64,000 nucleotides of DNA from Meyerozyma guilliermondii (lineage: Eukaryota): contig CP128815.1 in NCBI GenBank assembly GCA_051546255.1, forward strand, positions 1,736,001 through 1,800,000, written 5' to 3'. The notes under the pieces were generated by a model, which was not told the origin of the DNA, made no database searches, and was given only the letters and a program-made list of their open reading frames with translations. Position numbers and translations under genes: made by a program. Positions within the stretch are counted from its first letter, which is position 1. The number at the start of each line of letters is the position of its first letter. Of the stretch, positions 20,282-29,872 are shown piece after piece.

Positions 20282-21637
20282 ATGCATAATAACGACGACA
20301 AGGAGAGTCCTCCCGGTTCTTCAACCGATGCTAATAACAGAAGAGGTCCATGGTCTCCCGAGGAGGATCGTCAACTACTTGAACTCGTGTCAGTTTTTGG
20401 ACCTTCCAACTGGGTTCGTATATCCAATTCTTTGGCAACACGAACTCCCAAACAATGTCGAGAACGGTACCATCAGAATCTTAAACCGTCATTAAATCGG
20501 TCACCAATTACAGCCGAGGAGGGAGCACTTATTGAGAGTTTGGTAGCCAAACATGGCAAAAAATGGGCCGAAATTGCCCGACATTTAAATGGTAGATCCG
20601 ACAATGCTGTTAAGAACTGGTGGAATGGCGGAGCCAGCAGACGACGGCGGCAAAGCACCCAGGAAGGGCAGACTTTTTTAGTGGGACAAGAGAACCACAA
20701 CCAAGAACCAAACCAAAATCACCCGAACCAAAACCAAAACCAAAACCAGCCCCCATTCCACCAGAATCAATTCCAGAACCAAGTCCAGAACCAAGTCCAG
20801 AACGTCCAACCAATGCTTCATCTTCCCCAGCCCCATATTTCCCAACCCCATATTTCCCAGCCACACATTGCCCAGCAGCCATTGCAGCCCCTCCAACCAT
20901 TGCTGCATTTGCCAGCATCTTTCGGCGCTCCCAAATCCCAATCCTCAACCCATCCGTCTCCGTCGCCGTATCCGCTTCCCAACGTACCCCATATTGCCTT
21001 CAACACCCAAATGTTTGGACCTCATTCCAACTACCCTCGCGACTATATTGGCCACCAGGATCCGTTTGCCAGACCGCCCAATTTCCGCCTGGCTTCGTTC
21101 GACCAGGAAAACTTCAAAACCGCCTTTCCCCCGCCTACAATCCACCCTTCAAAGCGACGTCTTTTGGACGACAATCCAAGACGCCATTCCACCACCGGTG
21201 CTCCCGCAGATTCGTCTTCACAAGGTCCTCCATCCACCTCTCCCAGTGGCACCATTCTGCCTTACCATTCACCACTTCTTCTTAGCCATACCAGCAGAAA
21301 CAACTCGGTATCTCACGAACTTTACCTTAATAGCTCGGGCTCGGCTCTGATGACGGTATCTCGCCGATCATCAATTGCTCCTGATTGGTTCCCCAACCCG
21401 ATCAAAGACGATAAAGCACACAAGCGCAACGCATCGCAGAACTCGTACTCGCCGTCGCTTACTCCGGTAAGCCGGTTTTCCGTGTCCAGTGCGGTGTCTA
21501 ATGCTACTTCTCCCAATGTGGCATCGGCACCGGCACCGGCGTCAGCACCGGCCCAAGCACCGGCCGGTGTGCCAACCACCACCAGTCCTTCCCGAAAGGA
21601 CAAAACCAGACTCTCGGTGTCCAGCTTAATTGAGTAG
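20282..21637 (+). CDS. Two-repeat Myb/SANT transcription factor (Dot6/FlbD-like)
   Basis: ATG at 20282. RRGPWSPEED...NWVRIS...KQCRERYHQNL...KKWAEIAR..NGRSDNAVKNWW; Q/N/P-rich region; RRxS PKA-type sites. Confidence 0.85.
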   Translation: MHNNDDKESPPGSSTDANNRRGPWSPEEDRQLLELVSVFGPSNWVRISNSLATRTPKQCRERYHQNLKPSLNRSPITAEEGALIESLVAKHGKKWAEIARHLNGRSDNAVKNWWNGGASRRRRQSTQEGQTFLVGQENHNQEPNQNHPNQNQNQNQPPFHQNQFQNQVQNQVQNVQPMLHLPQPHISQPHISQPHIAQQPLQPLQPLLHLPASFGAPKSQSSTHPSPSPYPLPNVPHIAFNTQMFGPHSNYPRDYIGHQDPFARPPNFRLASFDQENFKTAFPPPTIHPSKRRLLDDNPRRHSTTGAPADSSSQGPPSTSPSGTILPYHSPLLLSHTSRNNSVSHELYLNSSGSALMTVSRRSSIAPDWFPNPIKDDKAHKRNASQNSYSPSLTPVSRFSVSSAVSNATSPNVASAPAPASAPAQAPAGVPTTTSPSRKDKTRLSVSSLIE

Positions 21638-21756
21638 CAAAAAGTCTACTGAATGTACTTAAAAGTCTACTGTACTTAAGAGTCTACGGTAATTAATTTA
21701 TGGTCTTTGTATGTAGCGCGCGTATAAATTTTATCACCAAATTATTCAATCTTCTC

Positions 21757-22398
21757 ATGATCCCGTTGCCCGTAATTGCACAAGACGTCATGGTGTTTGA
21801 CGTCGCCCATATACGCAAACTAAGACTGTTGGGCATTGCGGGGGTGCTTTCTGGCACTCTATCGGCGGCTCCTCAACAAAATCTTCTTCTCGGCGTCCCG
21901 TTAAGACTTTCCATCTTTGACGCTATTTGGCTTGTTAGAAACCACCATGCCTTTTTATACGACTCTGCTGCCTACCACCAAGGACTAACCACCACAAACA
22001 ATTCCGTAGACCCCTCAATTGACAACAAAAACCAGTCCAATTTTATAACTATTCCATCAACCTCATCGGCACCCGGACCACCTCCAATTGAATATCAAAT
22101 ATCCATTGACGAATTTATGCCCAAAGACACCAAAACTGCACAGCTTTACAAAGTTTATAGCTCTCTTCGAAGCCGAGGGTACTGGGTTCTGCCAGGATTG
22201 AGATTTGGGGGAGATTTTGTGGCTTACCCTGGTGACCCACTTTTGTTTCATTCTCACCTAATTGTGTCTCATGCCGATGAAGTCACCAACCAGGATCTTG
22301 TCCATCGGGGCCGCTTGGCTACAGGGGTTAAAAAGTTGTGGTGTGTGGTGGATAGCATGGAAAAGGCATATAGCATAGAATGGGCGGGGTTTGGTTAA
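21757..22398 (+). CDS. SEN34: tRNA splicing endonuclease catalytic subunit
   Basis: GVLSGTL...QQN..LG.PL, PGLRFGGDFVAYPGDPLLFHSH, GRLATGVKK, SIEWAGFG. Confidence 0.92.
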   Translation: MIPLPVIAQDVMVFDVAHIRKLRLLGIAGVLSGTLSAAPQQNLLLGVPLRLSIFDAIWLVRNHHAFLYDSAAYHQGLTTTNNSVDPSIDNKNQSNFITIPSTSSAPGPPPIEYQISIDEFMPKDTKTAQLYKVYSSLRSRGYWVLPGLRFGGDFVAYPGDPLLFHSHLIVSHADEVTNQDLVHRGRLATGVKKLWCVVDSMEKAYSIEWAGFG

Positions 22399-22450
22399 TA
22401 AGTTACCATCACTACATAACGTATTCATAAGACATTAGCATCGACACTGT

Positions 22451-24820
22451 TCAGTTAACTTTGATCTTGTCAAAGATAGAAAACACCCGTTCTCTAGCAG
22501 AATCACTGAAAAGACTGAGCTGGTGTTCAACAGAATGACCAGCAACACGGTTCAAAAACGCTCTCAGATCATGAACCTTCTTGTGGCTCTTATGCCCCTG
22601 GTGCTTGCCCTTCTTGAACTCCTTTCTGCTCTTGTGCTGCTTATGTTCTTTATGGGGTTCCTTGCGGTTGTGCTTCTTCTTCTTCTGGTCCTTGGGTATA
22701 TCCAGCAGCGGTTTCTCGTACTTCTCTTCGTCCGCTACCACAGTGCCGTTGACAACGTCCACCTTTCTCTTGTACTTTCTGTCACCATCAATCTTCATCT
22801 TATACTTGGTGGTCAAAGAGCCGGTTCCATGGTTACCTTGGTTCGACAAAAAATACTTGGACAGTCCGTTCTGGGCTGAGGATACCTCCAAGTGCATCCT
22901 TGGGCTAGTCACATCAACGACACGTACAAGTTCAAGCTTGACATCATACTCAATATTGACATCGCCTGGCACAACCGAATGGTTCTTTTCGGCCGAGTTG
23001 AGCACGAGTGGGTAGCTGTAACTTGTATCCAACTTGTAAAGTTCGTCGTTCTCAGTGGCTATGGTGACATTCTTCGACGAGTGTCCAACATGTACCACCA
23101 GTTGCACACTACCAAAGTGCAGATAATGCTGAACATTTGCTATTTCACCCTTGGTAAGTGCGGTCACTGTTGTCTTGATCTCTTGGTCATTTTCTAAAAC
23201 GAATGTAAGGTTACTGGTGACCTCGGTATTCAAAATACTGGTGATCACTTGCTGAATTGTTCCTGAAAAAGGAGGCGCGAGACTAACCACAGTAGCACGA
23301 GCCTTGTCGTCGATATTAACAATGTCTCCAGACGACTCAACAACCTCACTGTTTTCCCACGACAACAAGTTGGCAGAGGTAATCCAATTCTCACCGATTT
23401 GTGAGTGCTCTGGTAAAAATGGACGATTCAGCTCGTCAATACCATTGCTAATCTCAATCTCCAAGATACGGTCAGTGACGGCTTGATGTTCCCACAAGAG
23501 CGGCAAGAGTCCTGTAACGTCTAAATCTATAGTGGGTAAGTCGAAGGCACGGGTAGCAACAACTCTACTCCACAAAGCAGGTGAGATTCCACCGGTGAAG
23601 ACAATTGGGTCGGGTGTCTGGGTAGCAATCTTCTCGCCATTGAAATTAACGTTCACAAAACGAGTGGGTCCGTGTCCTTGTAAGGTGTTTCCTTGTTCGT
23701 CGAATCTGTGGGCGTACTTATCCAAAACGTTGGCATACCAGAACTCCTCAGCAGCATTTCCTGAAGTCAAAATCAGCAACCGGAGCCTGGTAGTGTTTTG
23801 AGGAACCGTAGGCAACTGAACGCGGATTTTGTCTGAGGGAAGGTAAACTACCAGCGGTTTATGTGGGCGGGAAGGAAGGATAGCATGAACCCTGGACGCC
23901 GGTTTATGGGTCGAAAAGATCGATGCTTTCAGCTGGATTTCTGGGTCCAGCTCATCGGCTTCTCCGTGAGAATCGTACAATTGGATAGACAACTGAACAT
24001 GGAACAGACCTGTCAATCTTCCTGTCAAAATGTTGGGCAAATCAAATAAAATGGAAGCTGGGTTTCTGAACAACTCGGTATACACCGACACGTCCTTGGT
24101 GGCAAGAGACACTATCGAGCGCCCGCCAGGCTCAGCAGTGGAAGTTCTCCAGATTTCCACCCCATTTACAAACAAGTTTGCCAACCGGTCGTACTGAACT
24201 CCTGAAGACGTTGTACGAAGAGTTAATACCACTTTGTCGAACGAAACGTTGGAGGGAGGAACAAACTTGGTTTCAGCAGGATTCCCCCATGAGTTTCCAA
24301 ACGTGTGGTTGAGTAAAAGAGACTCGTATACTGGAGATCCGTACCACTTGGGTGGCACAAATGGGTACCCAACTTCAATAACTTCAATTGATTCGTTGCT
24401 AGCAACACCGGAAACCTCGTCCGAGAATCCCTTCCACGTCTCATCCACCAAGCTTGCCACTGACACCGTCTTGGGCAAATGTACACATCCATAAGGAGAA
24501 GGCGAAGTGAAAAACATCGATAACGTTGAAGGATATTGAACAAGATAAACCATAGTTCCAATGATCAAACCGAAAAAAACCGATAAAATTCTATCCCGGC
24601 GCTTTGTAGAACCATTTAAAGACCCTCCACGTTCCTGGTTTTCAAGATCCGGGTGGCCAAGCATGGCATCCCCTTCTTTAGAATTGATCTTTTCGTCGTA
24701 GTACGAGTGATTTTCCTTGTCGGAAATTGTTGGAGGAGCATCATGGTCGGCCATAGGCACACGGGCCCTGCCGTGGACGATCATATTCCAAACCGAATAT
24801 TCCCGAGCTAAATCCCCCAT
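22451..24820 (-). CDS. PNG2: Peptide:N-glycanase A-type (PNGase A family), membrane-anchored
   Basis: FGNSWG.P, GVQYDRLA.LF..GVEIWRTSTAEP, SGNAAEEFWY, VFTGGISP.LW. One N-terminal TM helix. Exact start Met is uncertain. Confidence 0.85.
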   Translation of the reverse strand: MGDLAREYSVWNMIVHGRARVPMADHDAPPTISDKENHSYYDEKINSKEGDAMLGHPDLENQERGGSLNGSTKRRDRILSVFFGLIIGTMVYLVQYPSTLSMFFTSPSPYGCVHLPKTVSVASLVDETWKGFSDEVSGVASNESIEVIEVGYPFVPPKWYGSPVYESLLLNHTFGNSWGNPAETKFVPPSNVSFDKVVLTLRTTSSGVQYDRLANLFVNGVEIWRTSTAEPGGRSIVSLATKDVSVYTELFRNPASILFDLPNILTGRLTGLFHVQLSIQLYDSHGEADELDPEIQLKASIFSTHKPASRVHAILPSRPHKPLVVYLPSDKIRVQLPTVPQNTTRLRLLILTSGNAAEEFWYANVLDKYAHRFDEQGNTLQGHGPTRFVNVNFNGEKIATQTPDPIVFTGGISPALWSRVVATRAFDLPTIDLDVTGLLPLLWEHQAVTDRILEIEISNGIDELNRPFLPEHSQIGENWITSANLLSWENSEVVESSGDIVNIDDKARATVVSLAPPFSGTIQQVITSILNTEVTSNLTFVLENDQEIKTTVTALTKGEIANVQHYLHFGSVQLVVHVGHSSKNVTIATENDELYKLDTSYSYPLVLNSAEKNHSVVPGDVNIEYDVKLELVRVVDVTSPRMHLEVSSAQNGLSKYFLSNQGNHGTGSLTTKYKMKIDGDRKYKRKVDVVNGTVVADEEKYEKPLLDIPKDQKKKKHNRKEPHKEHKQHKSRKEFKKGKHQGHKSHKKVHDLRAFLNRVAGHSVEHQLSLFSDSARERVFSIFDKIKVN

Positions 24821-24920
24821 GTTGGGCTACGACCTAATTAAACGAAATATATCAGTGAGATATATATATACAGGCTCCAAATATCCCGCGTTGGGGCTCC
24901 TGCAGGCCGTGCTATGCAAC

Positions 24921-27503
24921 CTATATAACCACGCCAACAAATTGCGCCTCCAAGTATTGCTGTTCTTCAATGTAGTGTAACGTTCGGTCGTAGTAGGCTC
25001 GGATGCTGTAGTATAACTGTCTCTCGTTGCCGTCAACACCGTCATCTGCTAAATTGTCAAGATTGGTTCTGATCAATTCGATAAGTCCGTTGATATACCG
25101 CAGGTCAACCAACTCGTTTCCGTAGATATGGAACTCTAGACATCGATTCAACACCTCCACGAATAGACGCACGGAAAGATAGGGGTCCATACACGAATCG
25201 GCAATTCTGAGCGCTTTTTGAAGACATTCGAGAACTCGTTTGGGGTCTCGATAAAGCTTTGGTTTCTCTAATTTTGTATCGTTTTCTTTAGTGTCGTCTT
25301 CGCCTTTTTCTTCGTTTTCTGCTTCCTCTTTGCTTTCGTCATGCTCTATTCTTTCGTTGTCTTCATTCATGGTTTCGCTCACCAGTGTTAGTAACTCACA
25401 CCACCACCAAAGATGCCCACACAAATAAACCAGGCGACATTGATCCTGCTTCTTCAAGAGTCTCGAGCCATACATGGTGTTTTTTGTAATCAAAGACTCG
25501 TAGTTTTCCCTGCTAAAGTGACGCAGCGATGCTAGTTTGTTAGCTATCATTACTACCAGCTGATACGAAACGGAACCGCCCATGGAATCATGAGCATTTA
25601 ATCCAGTTCCACGGCCAGTCGATAAGCTCTCCTCGTAGACTGTGAATGCTTGGGTGAAAAACTCATATGCAATCTTCTCTTGATTCATTTGGTCCGCCAC
25701 AGAAGCTGCATTGACATTGAGCTTCAATGCAATCTCGGCATTATACTCAGCATGATGCTGATACAATTCGTCTATGACCATCGCAACATTCTTGAAGTTG
25801 CTAGTCAAAACTAGTTCCTTGTTTTCATCGTCATCATTCTTTTTCGCCAACCCTAACCGAAGTTTCATCAAAATTCGTTGCACCAAAGTGGGATAGGTAT
25901 AGACGATGTTTTTGAGGTTCTTGTTCAAGTACTTCTTCCGCAAATACAAGAGGTTGGACACCGCTTTCAAGTGATCACTGCCATCCACAAAATGTATGAT
26001 CTTGCACAATTTTTCTTGAACGTCCAAAAATGCTTGAGAAACCATGGAATCATCTCCCACTTTGATGGAAAGAGTAACTCCCAAGTCTTTCGCGGTGTTC
26101 ACCTCGGATCCTGTTTCAACAACCAAAACCTGAAGGTATTTGAAAATAGCATCGATTTCATCACTGCTCTGATAAGTAGTGCCCTTTGAGGCCAAAAGCT
26201 TATCCAATATTTCCACTCCAAGCTGTCGTTTGAGCTGTGGAGAAGTTATGTTTTCAAAAAGTTTATGGAAAAATGGGAGCAGCAAGAGCTCGATGACCAG
26301 TGGAAAGAAACGGACTGGAACAGTCATTAGGTCAACCCAAAGAGACTCTTCGTCGGCAGCATCCTTTCTTATTAGTTTCTGGGAAGCATGCTGGAAGATT
26401 TGATTCAAATTGTCGTAGTTCTCGGGATCAAAAGTGAGAGAAAGTTTGATGAACACTTGCAAAAGTTGTGAATGTTCCTCGGACGGAATATCACTGTCCA
26501 GCTTCACAAGCTGAAGGTAAAAATCCCAAAACGTTTCAAAGAGGTTTGCCAGTTTCATTTCTTCAGATGAGCCATTGATGAGGCGATCTATCAACGACGT
26601 CACCAACTCTGACTTGCGTAAATGAGGATGCAACCTGACAAACACTTCATTGAGAAGAGGGTGTAAAGTAGCCAAATGCATTTCGTCAGGGAAAATTTGG
26701 ATGAGAACATCCACAAGATAACTTTGAGCGAGGAGATCACGACACTGAATGATCTGATCGGTTATAACTGGGAAAATATTGTCTCTGTACAACTCCACAC
26801 CGGACACAGACCCAGTATGGCTATCGGTATACTCATCTAAAACCTGTGACAATCGGACCAAATTCAGGCCCACCAAAATTCGGAGCTCTTTGCGTTCACG
26901 GTGACGCAATTCTCTTTCTGACGAGTGACCCTGGTGCTGGAGACGGACCCATAACTTGTTCATCTCGATGAAATTCAGCACCAAGAAACTCACGGTTTCA
27001 TTAAAGTCCTTTTCTGATGACATTGGAAGCAAATTCTTGATTCTTTGCGACAAGTAATACCTCAAAAACAAGCCCCGGATAGGGTGCTGGACTCCTCTAC
27101 ACATCTCAATCATATCTTTCATGAGCTCCTTCGTTGGTGCGTCGGTTGTACCCATATAAGTGGTGCCAATGGCTATCATCATATAAAGACGAGGAACTAT
27201 GTTTCCGGAGTATTGGACAAGTTCGTAAAGATCGGCCAAAAACGACGAAGAACCTTCCAGTCTTTTCGATTTGTTATTATGTGACACCAACAAGTACTCG
27301 GAAAGAATTTCCAAGGCATCGAATACAAGCATATAAATCTCATAGTACTCTTTAGGAGTTAGCTGATTTGTTCGGAGTTCATTTAAAAAGTTCAGACAAT
27401 GCTTTAGCGCCTGGAGAAGATTTCCATCATTTAGGCACTGTTTCATTAGACTGGTTTGGTGACGAATGCTGCTAATGCATCCTTTAAGTGCCTCTGCCGT
27501 CAT
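24921..27503 (-). CDS. VPS35: Retromer subunit Vps35
   Basis: ELRT..LTPKEYYE, DLYELVQYSGNIVPRLY, RGVQHPIRGLFLRYYL, EMNKLWVRLQHQG, LLKKQDQCR. First ATG at 27503. Confidence 0.95.
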   Translation of the reverse strand: MTAEALKGCISSIRHQTSLMKQCLNDGNLLQALKHCLNFLNELRTNQLTPKEYYEIYMLVFDALEILSEYLLVSHNNKSKRLEGSSSFLADLYELVQYSGNIVPRLYMMIAIGTTYMGTTDAPTKELMKDMIEMCRGVQHPIRGLFLRYYLSQRIKNLLPMSSEKDFNETVSFLVLNFIEMNKLWVRLQHQGHSSERELRHRERKELRILVGLNLVRLSQVLDEYTDSHTGSVSGVELYRDNIFPVITDQIIQCRDLLAQSYLVDVLIQIFPDEMHLATLHPLLNEVFVRLHPHLRKSELVTSLIDRLINGSSEEMKLANLFETFWDFYLQLVKLDSDIPSEEHSQLLQVFIKLSLTFDPENYDNLNQIFQHASQKLIRKDAADEESLWVDLMTVPVRFFPLVIELLLLPFFHKLFENITSPQLKRQLGVEILDKLLASKGTTYQSSDEIDAIFKYLQVLVVETGSEVNTAKDLGVTLSIKVGDDSMVSQAFLDVQEKLCKIIHFVDGSDHLKAVSNLLYLRKKYLNKNLKNIVYTYPTLVQRILMKLRLGLAKKNDDDENKELVLTSNFKNVAMVIDELYQHHAEYNAEIALKLNVNAASVADQMNQEKIAYEFFTQAFTVYEESLSTGRGTGLNAHDSMGGSVSYQLVVMIANKLASLRHFSRENYESLITKNTMYGSRLLKKQDQCRLVYLCGHLWWWCELLTLVSETMNEDNERIEHDESKEEAENEEKGEDDTKENDTKLEKPKLYRDPKRVLECLQKALRIADSCMDPYLSVRLFVEVLNRCLEFHIYGNELVDLRYINGLIELIRTNLDNLADDGVDGNERQLYYSIRAYYDRTLHYIEEQQYLEAQFVGVVI

Positions 27504-27795
27504 GGGGCTGATATACACGGAAGTTGGTGACACGGAAGATAAGGTGGTGGGGTGTGGAGGTTGGTGTATCGGTGTAATATACGGGAAAAACAAAATTCAA
27601 TTAACAGAGAAGAATATTCAGTCATATGACCTAACCTAATCTGGGGCGTTTCATCCCTGAGTCACAATTGAGCGAATATAGCACTATAGGCTTTTGTAGC
27701 CGTAATCTTATTTTTAATCGCATTTTACATTTTTCGAACTTTTTACAAATGGCTGCAAATTGCAGCAATTGCACCATACATTTAAGCATATCTCG

Positions 27796-29538
27796 TTAAC
27801 CTAAAAATCCATTTAAATCATGCATAACCATTGCAGCTATGGCTGCAGAAAGAAGTGTGGCTATCATGCCCAGTAACAATGCCGATAAGATGAGAGCAGA
27901 GATATCTTTTGCTCGGGAATTGTTGGTCAAGGTATTCAAAACTCCCAAGGTAATACCCACGGATCCAAGATTGGCAAACCCACACAATGCGTATGTCGCA
28001 ATAAGAGTTCCTCTCTTTGACATCTCGTTATAAGGGCTCTCGTTCATCAATAAATTGTAAGCAACAAATTCGTTTTGGATGAACTTGGTAGCTATCAACT
28101 TTGACACATGATATATTTCGTCACGAGGAGTTCCCAATAAGAAAGTAACCGGATAAAGGATGTAGGAACCGATCAATTCGAGACTGAAATGGTGGATATT
28201 CCAGTAATTTCCAAACCATGTCAAAATACCATTAATCAATGCAACAAGTCCAATGATACACATACATTGAATCATCATGGTTCCAGCAATTTTAAGACCG
28301 AGAGTTGCACCCTCAGAAAACGCCTGCAACACGTTATGGGGCCGTTCCTCGCTTTCGTCTTTTTCAGGAAAATGAACCTTACCACTAGTCAATGGCTCGT
28401 CTATTTCTGGGTGCCGCAATTTCGAAACTGCGATCGAGGCTGGAATAGACATAACACACGAACTAACGAGAGCCTGTGGATTCAATCCCAATCCGATGTA
28501 TCCCACCAAAACAGCACCAGAAATTGTCGAGAACCCCGAAGTCATAATTTGATGGAGTTCACCTTTGGTCAAGTACGGCATAAAGTCCTTGATAAGAATA
28601 GCACTTTCACCAATACCAATAAATGGAGACGCTGCGGCTGTAATGGCTTCTGCTCCCAGCACTCTTAAAGACCAGAAGAAAAAATGAGCAAACTTGATGA
28701 TGGCCCATTGAACAATACCGAAATAGTACAAGATGTGAACAAATGCCACGAAAAAAGCCACCGCTGGGAGAACCGTGAAGAAGAACATTCCAAACTGTGA
28801 GACCTCTGTATTAGTCAAAAATGCAACACCATCCTTGGCAAAACCCAAAAGTTCACGAGCCAAGGTGGAGATAAAGTTGAACACATCAAAACCACATTTG
28901 GTTCGCAACACAAATAAAGCAACGATGAATTGCATCAAGATGCCGCCAATAACACTATTCCATTGAATTTTACTTCGGTGCTTGGAACTCAACCAGAGAC
29001 CAAATACAGCAACCACTACTCCGAAAAACGATATAGCTCGATCTTCACGCTTGGAGTAACTCGTTTCAGTTGGAACAAATGTGCCAAGCAAAATCACCGC
29101 AACCGTAATGATTGCACCAACTAACAATCTTCTGGGTCTGGTTACCAAAAGTTTGGTGTAGACGATATTAGTGGCATAGTTCCATACGATTTGAACCTGG
29201 CGGAGCATCCAGGGCAAGATTCTAAAGTTCCACGAAATCAAACGCACCATAATCATGCCCCAGAGAACCGTTGGAATCAACCACTGGTGACGATGCTTTT
29301 TCTGGATGATAATAGATAACCACCAAGCGGTGAAAAAACAACCTACTATAACCTGTAACACCTGTTTCCAGTATGGGTAGCGGATTTTCATGCGTCTTAA
29401 CCAACTGCCCGAGTTTTGGCTGCTCGTTTCAGTTATTGCCTTTTCTTCGATATCGAGTCCATCACCCACTTTTTTCTCCTCCGGTCTGCTCTCATCTTCT
29501 GGACGCAACAGCAGCTTAGGAGCTACTGGAAGATCCAT
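27796..29538 (-). CDS. CNT: Concentrative H+/nucleoside transporter (SLC28/CNT family)
   Basis: AAASPFIGIGESA, MTSGFSTISG, KFIQNEFVAY, TYALCGFANLGSVGI. Confidence 0.93.
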   Translation of the reverse strand: MDLPVAPKLLLRPEDESRPEEKKVGDGLDIEEKAITETSSQNSGSWLRRMKIRYPYWKQVLQVIVGCFFTAWWLSIIIQKKHRHQWLIPTVLWGMIMVRLISWNFRILPWMLRQVQIVWNYATNIVYTKLLVTRPRRLLVGAIITVAVILLGTFVPTETSYSKREDRAISFFGVVVAVFGLWLSSKHRSKIQWNSVIGGILMQFIVALFVLRTKCGFDVFNFISTLARELLGFAKDGVAFLTNTEVSQFGMFFFTVLPAVAFFVAFVHILYYFGIVQWAIIKFAHFFFWSLRVLGAEAITAAASPFIGIGESAILIKDFMPYLTKGELHQIMTSGFSTISGAVLVGYIGLGLNPQALVSSCVMSIPASIAVSKLRHPEIDEPLTSGKVHFPEKDESEERPHNVLQAFSEGATLGLKIAGTMMIQCMCIIGLVALINGILTWFGNYWNIHHFSLELIGSYILYPVTFLLGTPRDEIYHVSKLIATKFIQNEFVAYNLLMNESPYNEMSKRGTLIATYALCGFANLGSVGITLGVLNTLTNNSRAKDISALILSALLLGMIATLLSAAIAAMVMHDLNGFLG

Positions 29539-29872
29539 TATATGTCAAGACACTCGGTGCTATGCGGGTTATTTACTATCAGGGGTCCCCTCACAATAAA
29601 TACAGATCTTACCCCAGTTCGGAATCTGAAATTTTTTTTTGTGCGGCATCAATGATGCCGTGCAACCGATAACAGCCTGCCAAGAAAAATATTGTGGTGA
29701 CATTCTGATAATAAAATTGCGCCCCAAAAGTGAAGGCGGACACATACCGGACCATAATCAGCATGTGTAGTCATGCCACACACTTTAATTTGCAACCGTT
29801 TCTTCATCTCGGAGACGTTAGATACATTCCGGTTTGACGTATGCATGGAAGCCTTATATACAGTATAGGACA

